A stretch of 64,000 nucleotides of DNA from Bdellovibrionales bacterium (GTDB lineage Bacteria > Bdellovibrionota > Bdellovibrionia > Bdellovibrionales > UBA1609). Below the pieces are notes generated by a model that was not told the DNA's origin, ran no database searches, and saw only the letters and a list, made by a program, of their open reading frames with translations. Within the stretch, counting starts at the first letter, position 1. Each line of letters starts with the position of its first letter. Location: positions 576,122-640,121 of the forward strand of contig OZ242172.1 of assembly GCA_965205645.1 (NCBI GenBank), written 5' to 3'. The position numbers and the translations under genes are program-made. Positions 17,573-25,844 of this stretch are shown here, piece after piece.

Positions 17573-18766
17573 ATGACTCAAAAGAAAAGATCTAATTTGC
17601 TGAAAAATTCGCTCTTCTTTTCTGCATTTTTACGTTTAACATTTGTTGCTGCATGGGTCATAAGCTCAATATTTACTTTGCTATTGGCAACATCCACGCT
17701 CGCTTATTCATCCATGACGGACATGCCACTTGTCGCTGCATCCGCTATCACGCAAATTAAAAAATTTGTTCGCGGAAAAAACCGCCGTCCATTACTCATT
17801 AATGGTGCAGGCGCTTCTTTCCCCTATATCCTGTACTCCAAATGGTTTTCAGAATATCAAAAGATAGATCCTTCTGTGAGAATTAATTATCGCTCCATCG
17901 GAAGCGGAGGAGGAATCCGCCAGTTCTTAATAGGTACTTTAGATTTTGGAGCTACCGATGTGCCAATTATAAAAAGTAAAATGCGCACACTCAAAACACC
18001 TCCACTACATATTCCTACCGCATTAGGCGCTGTGGTTATTAGCTATTATTTACCAACACTGAAAAATACAGATACCCTACAGCTGACACCTGTTATCCTA
18101 GCAGACATTTACCAAGGTAAAATTAAAAAATGGAATCATAAAAAAATAGTGGCCATTAACCCTAAGCTGTCTTTACCAGATCAGCAAATTGTGCCAGTGT
18201 ATCGCGCAGATGGTAGTGGTACAACAGCTGTGTTTACAGAATACCTGGCTCACTTTTCCACAGAATGGCTGCAACAAGCAGGAAAAGGTAAAGCTGTTAA
18301 CTGGCCAACCGGTATCGGAGGTAAAGGGAATGAAGGCGTGATGGGTCTTGTCCGCAAAATACCAGGCGCGATTGGTTACATTGCCTGGAGCTATGCCGCT
18401 AATATCCGATTCCCCACAGCAGCTGTCCAAAATGCATCCGGACATTTTGTAAAAGTTAGTCATGAAAATGCTAGTAACTCCGCTACACAAATTTGGAAAA
18501 AACACCACGACTTGTTTAAACCATTAGCTACTGCCAAAGGCGCTGACGCTTATCCTCTATCCTCTTATACCTACTTGCTTGTGAATCAAAAAATGCTTTC
18601 TCAAAAAGGACTCGCCATCGTAAAATTCCTTAAATGGGCTATGCAAAAAGGACAAACATTTTGCAAACCACTGCATTATATTCCACTTCCTCAACCTGTT
18701 ATACAAGCTACACTTAAACAAATAGATTCCATTTATATACCGAAAGATAATCCTATAAAAAAATGA
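17573..18766 (+). CDS. pstS: Phosphate ABC transporter substrate-binding protein
   Basis: Signal peptide, GSGGGI and YRADGSGTT motifs typical of PstS. Start moved to the ATG at 17573 (MTQKK). Confidence 0.9.
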   Translation: MTQKKRSNLLKNSLFFSAFLRLTFVAAWVISSIFTLLLATSTLAYSSMTDMPLVAASAITQIKKFVRGKNRRPLLINGAGASFPYILYSKWFSEYQKIDPSVRINYRSIGSGGGIRQFLIGTLDFGATDVPIIKSKMRTLKTPPLHIPTALGAVVISYYLPTLKNTDTLQLTPVILADIYQGKIKKWNHKKIVAINPKLSLPDQQIVPVYRADGSGTTAVFTEYLAHFSTEWLQQAGKGKAVNWPTGIGGKGNEGVMGLVRKIPGAIGYIAWSYAANIRFPTAAVQNASGHFVKVSHENASNSATQIWKKHHDLFKPLATAKGADAYPLSSYTYLLVNQKMLSQKGLAIVKFLKWAMQKGQTFCKPLHYIPLPQPVIQATLKQIDSIYIPKDNPIKK

Positions 18767-19758
18767 TTCGACTACGTAAAAATTTAAAAAAAAATGACGT
18801 ACATCTTCAAGATCAAGTGTTCTATCTTGGCTTAAAATCATTATCTATTTTTTTTATCTTTATTTTTTTATATATGCTGTTCTCTATTTTTAAAATGTCA
18901 TGGCCGGCTTTCGCTCATTTTGGAACAAATTTTTTTATCAACCCAGCATGGAATAGCTGGACAGAAAACTTCGGAGCACTTTCTTTAATATACGGTACAG
19001 TCGTTAGTTCTATCTTGGCACTCATACTCGCCGTACCGATCAGTGTGGCCACGGCACTGTGCTTGACAGAACTAGCTCCACGTTGGTTGGCACGACCTTT
19101 AAGTTTCATCGTGGAAATGCTGGCTGCTGTGCCCTCTATCGTATATGGCCTGTGGGGTTTATTTATTTTAGCACCTTTTTTACGGGATTATATCCAACCG
19201 TTTTTAGCTAAATATTTATCTTTTATACCTTTTTTTCAAGGATCTCACTACGGAGTAGGGATGATGTGCGGAGGAGTGATCTTAGCTATTATGATTGTTC
19301 CCACAATTTCATCCGTGTGCCGAGAAGTATTTAACGCCATTCCTAAATCACATCGTGAAGCTGTGCTTAGCCTAGGTGCTACCCGTTGGGAAATGCTAAA
19401 ACTAGCTGTTCTCAAAGGTGGTTTTGCCGGCATTGTTGGAGCTATTGTCATGGGCTTAGGCCGCGCACTCGGTGAAACCATGGCAATTACTATGGTCATT
19501 GGTAACGCTCCCTCCATTAAATTATCTTTGTTTGAACCTGCACAAACGATGGCTAGCATTCTAGCGAATCAATACGCAGAAGCAGATAGTGACCTGCATC
19601 TTGCCTCTTTAACGGCTATAGGTTTTACACTTTTTTGCTTGTCTCTACTTATCAATGCACTAGCACTATGGATGGTGTGGAGAATAGAAAAACAATTTCA
19701 CCCACAAACAAAAACTCCTCATAACCAAATGCTTGATTCACTGACGGAGGTGCAATGA
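18763..19758 (+). CDS. pstC: Phosphate ABC transporter permease PstC
   Basis: Six-TM permease with EAA-type loop EAVLSLGATRWEMLKLAVL. Coupled to pstS and pstA by 4-nt overlaps. Confidence 0.9.
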   Translation: MIRLRKNLKKNDVHLQDQVFYLGLKSLSIFFIFIFLYMLFSIFKMSWPAFAHFGTNFFINPAWNSWTENFGALSLIYGTVVSSILALILAVPISVATALCLTELAPRWLARPLSFIVEMLAAVPSIVYGLWGLFILAPFLRDYIQPFLAKYLSFIPFFQGSHYGVGMMCGGVILAIMIVPTISSVCREVFNAIPKSHREAVLSLGATRWEMLKLAVLKGGFAGIVGAIVMGLGRALGETMAITMVIGNAPSIKLSLFEPAQTMASILANQYAEADSDLHLASLTAIGFTLFCLSLLINALALWMVWRIEKQFHPQTKTPHNQMLDSLTEVQ

Positions 19759-20600
19759 ATCACCCCATCAGATACCAATGGCGTAAACTGGTTAACCATA
19801 CAATGATTGGCACTTTGTTTTTACTTAGCCTAGCAGCCGGTGCTACATTTTTCTTTATTGTGTACTACGTGACCAAACAAGGCTTGGGTGCTATTAACTT
19901 AAATTTTTTTACTGAACTGCCAAAGCCAGCTGGAGAAAGTGGTGGAGGAATGGCTAATGCACTGATCGGTAGTAGCTTAATTGTTGGACTCGCTTCCCTC
20001 GTCGGTATTCCTTGGGGAATCGCAATGGGTATCTACTTAACCGAATATAGGGATACATATACAGCTAAAGTTTTGCGCTTCACAGCGAATCTCTTAATGA
20101 GTGCACCCTCTATTGTTATTGGTATTTTTATTTACGGATTAGTTGTCAAAAGATATGGCTTCTCCTCCTACGCTGGTTCAATGGCGCTGCTGCTTATTAT
20201 GCTGCCAGTAGTAACACGCGGAACAGAAGAAATTTTAAAAATGATTCCTCACCATATCCGAGAAGCAGGACTCGCCCTCGGCGTGCCTCGATGGAAAACG
20301 ATCCTCTATATTCTCATCCCGGGATCCTTTAGTATGCTCCTAACTATTATCATGCTCGCTATTGCCCGTATTGCTGGAGAAACCGCACCCTTGCTCTTTA
20401 CCTCCCTTGGAAATCAATTTCATATCAATAGCTTAAATGAACCAACTGCTTCTTTGCCTGTTCAAATATACGAATTTTCCAAAAGCGGAATTGAACAAAT
20501 GGAACAACAAGCCTGGGCCGGTGCAATGGTGCTCGTCTTATTTATATTTTTTATTAACCTACTGACCCGAGTTAGCCTCTTTTTCTACGCAAAACAATAA
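19755..20600 (+). CDS. pstA: Phosphate ABC transporter permease PstA
   Basis: Permease with loop EAGLALGVPRWKTILYILIP and IAGETAPLLFT, typical of PstA. Confidence 0.9.
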   Translation: MNHPIRYQWRKLVNHTMIGTLFLLSLAAGATFFFIVYYVTKQGLGAINLNFFTELPKPAGESGGGMANALIGSSLIVGLASLVGIPWGIAMGIYLTEYRDTYTAKVLRFTANLLMSAPSIVIGIFIYGLVVKRYGFSSYAGSMALLLIMLPVVTRGTEEILKMIPHHIREAGLALGVPRWKTILYILIPGSFSMLLTIIMLAIARIAGETAPLLFTSLGNQFHINSLNEPTASLPVQIYEFSKSGIEQMEQQAWAGAMVLVLFIFFINLLTRVSLFFYAKQ

Positions 20601-20674
20601 ATTTAGATCAATTAGGCACGCTCTATGCTATACTACAATAGTCAATCTAATAAAATATAAACAAGGTGACCTTA

Positions 20675-21277
20675 ATGGATGTTGAAAAAAAAGATATACT
20701 CGTGCGCATGCTGACTACACCTAATCCTTATGCTTTAAAATTTGTTTTAAACGTGCCTCTAAAAAACATCGGTCGCGCATCTTTCTACAGTAAACAAGAA
20801 ACCACTCATCTACCCTTATTCCATTCTCTGTTTGATATTAAAGGCATAAAACAAATCTATGTGTTTCAAAATCAAATAACCATTACACATGAGGGAGCCC
20901 TTGGTGAAGAAGATATGGAAAAACAAGTAACAGCTGTGATCGGTACCCGATTGCCCATTCATGATCCAAACTTTATATCCCCAGAGGAAGAACAACAAAA
21001 CTCTACCCCTGCCAATAAAATAAAAACCGCAAAAGAAAAAACACCAGAGATGCTAAAAATAGAAGCCATCTTAGATCGCACCGTCCGACCCGGATTAAGA
21101 GCGGATGGAGGAGATATGGAAGTGCTTTCTGTTAAACAAAACGAAGTACACATTGCCTACCAAGGAGCTTGTAGCGGATGCCCCAGCGCATTTATGGGTA
21201 CACTAGAAGCTGTGGAAAGTATCCTACGACAAGAAACTGGTTGCGATACACTAAAAGTTATTCCCATAGATTCATAA
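20675..21277 (+). CDS. NFU-type Fe-S cluster scaffold/carrier (Nfu_N plus NifU C-terminal domain)
   Basis: N-terminal TPNPYALKFVLN (Nfu_N-like) and C-terminal RPGLRADGGDMEVL...GACSGCPSAFMGTL with the CxxC motif. Confidence 0.8.
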   Translation: MDVEKKDILVRMLTTPNPYALKFVLNVPLKNIGRASFYSKQETTHLPLFHSLFDIKGIKQIYVFQNQITITHEGALGEEDMEKQVTAVIGTRLPIHDPNFISPEEEQQNSTPANKIKTAKEKTPEMLKIEAILDRTVRPGLRADGGDMEVLSVKQNEVHIAYQGACSGCPSAFMGTLEAVESILRQETGCDTLKVIPIDS

Positions 21278-21333
21278 ATATTTTTTTTATAAGTTTTTTT
21301 AAATTAAAAATAGTTTTAGTGATGATACAATCA

Positions 21334-22545
21334 TTAAGCTCCATCTAAAATATTTTTTGCCTTTCGGACGGCATGAACCAATAACTGAATGTCCTCTTCA
21401 TTATTGTAAATAGAAAAAGATGCTCGCACCACACCAGATGGCAAACCATAACGTTTCATCAAAGGTAAACAACAATGATGCCCAGCTCGTACCGCCGCAC
21501 CTGCTTGCGAAATCAACTGACCCAAATCACTACAATGCAAACCGTCTATTATAAAAGATAAAATATTTACCCGTGAAGATGACCGCCCAATAATACGCAA
21601 ACCCTCTATACTCTTTAACTCTGTCTCTGCATAATGCAATAAAGCGGTAGATTTACTTTTTGTTTCCTCCAAAGAACAATTTTGATTGAGAAATTCTAAT
21701 ACCGCACCCAAAGCTAATACCGCACCAATCGCCGGCGTGCCCGCTTCAAAACGATGCGGTACGTCCGCCCATACCGCACTTAACTCATCCACATCCGATA
21801 CCATGCCGCCACCTAACTGATACGGCTGTATATTTTGCATCACCTCTTCACGCGCATAAAGTACCCCCACTCCCTCTGGTGCAAATAACTTATGCCCGGA
21901 AAAGACCAAACAATCACAACCGATTTTTTGCACATCCACCGGCTCCACCGTCATTGCCTGCGCAGCATCCACTACTGTAAGCACTCCACGCTTACGCGCC
22001 CACGCGACTAACTTCTCCACAGGATTGCACGTGCCTAATACATTAGAATAATATACAAAAGAAAATATCTTTGTCCGATCGCTCACTAAATTGTCTAACT
22101 CAGATAATACTAATTCACCCACATCATCTACTGGTAAAAATTTTAACCGTAAATTCCGCCGCTTGGCTAAAGCCTGCCAAGGTAATAAATTAGAATGATG
22201 CTCCATCTGCGTTAGTAAAATCTCGTCCCCCTCCTTTAAAGAATCTCCCAAACACGTCGCTAAAAAGTTAATACCCTCCGTAGCACTCTTTGTAAAAATA
22301 ACTTCCTCTACCTTCGCCGCACTAATCCATTTCCGTACTAGATCCCGTACCCGCTCATACCGAGTAGTTAATTGCGTACTTAAATAATGATCTCCACGAT
22401 GCACATTCGATACCTGCTGTTCATACAATTGCTTTAAAGTGTCCGGTACACACTGAAGCTTTAAAGACGTCGCGGCACTATCTAAGTACACCTGACTCTT
22501 CTGCTTCAAAAATTCCACCTGAGGAAAATGTTTCCGAAAATCCAT
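21334..22545 (-). CDS. sufS: Cysteine desulfurase, SufS type
   Basis: PLP lysine motif SGHKLFAPEGVGVLY and catalytic-Cys motif RAGHHCCLPL. Adjacent to sufD. Confidence 0.9.
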   Translation of the reverse strand: MDFRKHFPQVEFLKQKSQVYLDSAATSLKLQCVPDTLKQLYEQQVSNVHRGDHYLSTQLTTRYERVRDLVRKWISAAKVEEVIFTKSATEGINFLATCLGDSLKEGDEILLTQMEHHSNLLPWQALAKRRNLRLKFLPVDDVGELVLSELDNLVSDRTKIFSFVYYSNVLGTCNPVEKLVAWARKRGVLTVVDAAQAMTVEPVDVQKIGCDCLVFSGHKLFAPEGVGVLYAREEVMQNIQPYQLGGGMVSDVDELSAVWADVPHRFEAGTPAIGAVLALGAVLEFLNQNCSLEETKSKSTALLHYAETELKSIEGLRIIGRSSSRVNILSFIIDGLHCSDLGQLISQAGAAVRAGHHCCLPLMKRYGLPSGVVRASFSIYNNEEDIQLLVHAVRKAKNILDGA

Positions 22546-22728
22546 GTTTTTACTTCCCGTGTTTTTACTTCCCGTATTTTTACTTCCCGTTGCTTCGTGC
22601 TGCTGCAGACTTTGATCTCTAATTACATTTTTACTTCCCGTTGCTTCGTGCTGCTACATGCCCGGATTTCTAATCATGTTTTTACTTCCCGTTGCTTCGT
22701 GCTGCTACATACCCGGATCTCTAATTAT
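22546..22728. repeat. Tandem array between sufD and sufS: 15-bp unit x2 followed by a 51-bp unit x3
   Basis: Units begin (g/a)tttttacttcccgt at 22546, 22561, 22576, 22627 and 22678. The three long units continue tgcttcgtgctgct(g/a)ca... On the gene strand each unit ends ACGGGAAGTAAAAA(C/T), and the last is followed directly by the sufS ATG. Confidence 0.9.
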
Positions 22729-24146
22729 GTGACTTGTGCTTTTTTCACTTCATTCGCTAAATTTAATAATACGCTTTTATTGCGATGAATCATCTGATTT
22801 AAATGCTCCAAGCAACTATCCGCTGGAAACTGATGTAAAACATCCTTTATATAAGCAAATATCAAAAGCTCCCAAGCAGACTTCATGTCCAATCCACGAG
22901 TTTGTAAATAAAATATTTCGTTCGGATCAAAATTTCCCACCGCAGAACCATGCTGCGCCTGCACCTCGCTGCAATCAATCGCTAATTCCGGTTGGATGCA
23001 AGAGTGCGCACGATCACTTAATAATAAATTCTTGGCCGACTGACTGCAATCCACACCCTTTGCCCAAGATTCAACGTGTACCCGACCATGAAAAATACCC
23101 TTGGATTCATCATTCAATATCCCACGGCAAAATTGACGAGAATAACCCCCTGGCTTTAAATGATGCACATTAAACCGATGATCACTCTGATTCTTATTCT
23201 TTAAAATAGATAAACCTAATAATGTACTACGAGCTTTTTCCCCAACATGCACCACATCCGCCCTGTCCCTGGAAAACCGAGAACCTAAGCTAAAATGCAA
23301 ACGATCTATACTTGATTCTTTCTCCATCTCACTAATCGATTGATTAAAATAACAAGAAGAGCCACTGCCTTGCTCCACCCGAATCCATCGTAAAGCCGAC
23401 TGCTCAGAGTGATACACATTGGATACCGTATTCACTACTGCCTGTCCGTAATGAGAAATGTTCTCCACTAAAGTGAGCCGAGCTCCCTTACCCATAAAAA
23501 TAAAATTCCACCCCCCTAAGGGGGTTACTTTCGCCGCGGCTTCATTTACGTTATTGTCACTATCTTGCAAATCATGTTTACCCAGTGTCTCTGCCGACTC
23601 GGCGGCAAATACAGAATGAATGTGCAAAGCCTTAGAAGACTCATACCCATCCGGTATAAATAAAATATACCCACTTGGAAAAGCCCCAGCTAAATGAAAT
23701 AAACCATCTCCATTTCCAGCTACTTTTTTTTCTCCACGAAAACAATCCAATAACCAAGACCAACACGGAAAATCAGCATTCAACTGATCCCAAGTGCACC
23801 AACGCAAACCATCATCAATAGACGCTTCCACTAATTGATCATTATGAAAATGCAAACGATCTACATTTGGAAAATCAGCAATTAACTCTTCATTAATACT
23901 GTGCCGATCACTTACATTATTGCGCTCGGCATTCTGAAAAATGCTACGTAAAATATTCTGCACATAAGTAAACTGCCACCACTTGTCCGAACCCGACGGA
24001 AATCCCTTCTTTAAAAATTGAGCAAAATGCTTGTCCCGCATTTCACCCAATACCCGCCGCGAGTCCTCGGACGATAAGCCAAGCCATCCTTGCCGCTCCT
24101 GCTCAAATTCCTTTTTTAAAAATTCTATCCATCTGTCATCTGTCAT
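22725..24146 (-). CDS. sufD: Fe-S cluster assembly protein SufD (carries an in-frame A-repeat insertion)
   Basis: SufB/SufD C-terminal signature ...AQHGSAVGNFDPNEIFYLQTRGLDMKSAWELLIFAYI. Internal GKHDLQDSDNNVNEAAAKVTPLGG is encoded by the repeat at 23508-23583. Confidence 0.8.
   Translation of the reverse strand: MTDDRWIEFLKKEFEQERQGWLGLSSEDSRRVLGEMRDKHFAQFLKKGFPSGSDKWWQFTYVQNILRSIFQNAERNNVSDRHSINEELIADFPNVDRLHFHNDQLVEASIDDGLRWCTWDQLNADFPCWSWLLDCFRGEKKVAGNGDGLFHLAGAFPSGYILFIPDGYESSKALHIHSVFAAESAETLGKHDLQDSDNNVNEAAAKVTPLGGWNFIFMGKGARLTLVENISHYGQAVVNTVSNVYHSEQSALRWIRVEQGSGSSCYFNQSISEMEKESSIDRLHFSLGSRFSRDRADVVHVGEKARSTLLGLSILKNKNQSDHRFNVHHLKPGGYSRQFCRGILNDESKGIFHGRVHVESWAKGVDCSQSAKNLLLSDRAHSCIQPELAIDCSEVQAQHGSAVGNFDPNEIFYLQTRGLDMKSAWELLIFAYIKDVLHQFPADSCLEHLNQMIHRNKSVLLNLANEVKKAQVT
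23508..23583 (-). repeat. A-repeat copy (long-core form) inserted in frame in sufD
   Basis: ccacccccctaagggggttactttcgccgcggcttcatttacgttattgtcactatcttgcaaatcatgtttaccc. Confidence 0.9.
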
Positions 24147-24422
24147 ACCACATGAATTAAACAGGATTTCTAAAGGTTTTCAATGACTTAAATTTCTACA
24201 TCCATAAATCATAGGTGTATTTCGCCTTAGCCAATAAAATCGCCATTCAAAGTGCCGCTCGTTTATTCCAACTATTGCCATATATGTATCATTCCATAAA
24301 AGAAGTTTGACGCAATAAGGGAGTTCCATGTAACTTTTTAATAAAAAATAGGAAAAGAAATAATTGCTATTCAAACAAATAATCTTCTTCTGTTCTTTTT
24401 TAAGTAAACTAATGAAAGATAT

Positions 24423-24632
24423 ATGAAAAAATCTTTTTTGTTGATCGGTCTGAGCTTTGAAGTTGCCTTGCTCCTATGGTTTGCTGTCGTTGCTGGCCAG
24501 AAATTAGATCAACAAATAGGTAACGGTAACACCGCTACACTAATATTCATTGTACTGGTCCTCCTGGTATGGATCTATCAGTTACTACGCCTGTTTGCTA
24601 TCAACCAAAAAAATAAAACAAACGAAACATAG
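24423..24632 (+). CDS. AtpI/AtpZ-like small membrane protein preceding atpB
   Basis: 69 aa with two hydrophobic helices, located immediately upstream of atpB. Confidence 0.5.
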   Translation: MKKSFLLIGLSFEVALLLWFAVVAGQKLDQQIGNGNTATLIFIVLVLLVWIYQLLRLFAINQKNKTNET

Positions 24633-24714
24633 CACTCATTAACTAAACCTATCATTAGATGACAAACCACAAATGCATCAGCTATAACAACAATTAATTA
24701 TTTAGGATATTTTA

Positions 24715-25404
24715 ATGACACATTTTGCACTGCTAGAACTGCTGCCTTTTATTGATAGTTCCAATGTACACATCGCTTACACAGTACTGGTCAGTTGTTT
24801 CCTTGTTCTACTCACTATCCTTGCTAGAAGAATCCTCAAAAATCATAAAGATCCACTCGTCCCTGATAAACATCTGTCTATAAAAGCCTTTCTGGAAACG
24901 TTTCTGCTGGCCATTACCGAACTGTCCGATCTGGTCATCGGAAAAGTCGGTCGTAGCTTCGTACCCTATTTTGCTACTTTGTTTTTGTTTATATGGCTGA
25001 ATAATCTCTTTGGATTACTGCCAGGTATGGGTGCCGCTACTGCTAACCTTAATACCACCTTCGCTCTCGGCTTGTTTTCCTTTTTTATCTATAACATTCA
25101 TGGATTTAAAGAACATGGCTGGGGTTATTTGAAACAGCTGATGGGGCCTGTTTTGTTCCTAGCCCCTATGATGTTTATTATAGAACTAATATCCCACCTC
25201 GTCCGCCCACTCAGCCTGGGACTTCGGTTGTACGGTAATATGATGGGAGACCATACCGTGCTATCCATTTTTCTAGACCTTGTCCCCATCGGAATACCCG
25301 TTATTTTTTACTTTTTAGGATTTTTTGTGTGCACGATGCAGGCTTTTATCTTTACTATTCTTAGTATGGTCTATATAAGTATTGCTCTATCTCATGAACA
25401 TTAA
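24715..25404 (+). CDS. atpB: F0F1 ATP synthase subunit a
   Basis: LSLGLRLYGNMMGDH motif with the essential Arg, multi-TM protein. Confidence 0.9.
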   Translation: MTHFALLELLPFIDSSNVHIAYTVLVSCFLVLLTILARRILKNHKDPLVPDKHLSIKAFLETFLLAITELSDLVIGKVGRSFVPYFATLFLFIWLNNLFGLLPGMGAATANLNTTFALGLFSFFIYNIHGFKEHGWGYLKQLMGPVLFLAPMMFIIELISHLVRPLSLGLRLYGNMMGDHTVLSIFLDLVPIGIPVIFYFLGFFVCTMQAFIFTILSMVYISIALSHEH

Positions 25405-25421
25405 AACAAGGAGAATATAAA

Positions 25422-25775
25422 ATGAAAAACCTCAGCAAAATATTTCATAACTGGTACGCAATGACCATATTTCTCGCATTGGAATGGAGCGTCCACGGCA
25501 TAGCATGGGCTGCGGATACCGCACATAACGCTGAGACAGCCGTTTCCAGCCATAGTGGACTTTATGCGATTGCTGCCGCTGCCGCTATCGCCATCGCTGC
25601 ATTTGGGGGAGCTGTCGGACAAGGACGTGTAGGCGCCGCTGCAATGGAAGGTATCGCACGAAATCCACAAGCACAAAAAATTATGTTCATTCCTATGATT
25701 ATCGTACTGGCTCTTATTGAGTCATTCGTGATCTTCTCCCTCGCCATCGCCATGATCATCGTTGGAAAAATATAA
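25422..25775 (+). CDS. atpE: F0F1 ATP synthase subunit c with N-terminal extension
   Basis: GQGRVGAAAMEGIARNPQA loop and LALIESFVIF helix with the carboxylate Glu. About 40 extra signal-like residues at the N-terminus. Confidence 0.85.
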   Translation: MKNLSKIFHNWYAMTIFLALEWSVHGIAWAADTAHNAETAVSSHSGLYAIAAAAAIAIAAFGGAVGQGRVGAAAMEGIARNPQAQKIMFIPMIIVLALIESFVIFSLAIAMIIVGKI

Positions 25776-25844
25776 AAAACAATCCATCGCGAATGAGTGA
25801 TAATAATATTGATAGTAGCTTAAGTTTAAAAAATTTAGCCTCAA

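Noticed and set aside
22546-22728. Possible CRISPR array (also considered for 63200-63397 and 40617-40796).
   Set aside because: The units are directly abutting tandem repeats with no unique spacers of CRISPR length, and no cas genes are present in the window.
22528-22788. 86-aa plus-strand ORF with reiterated VFTSR/CFVLL peptide.
   Set aside because: It is the antisense read-through of the 15/51-bp tandem array between sufD and sufS and overlaps both genes' ends. The periodic peptide is a repeat artefact, not evidence of coding.
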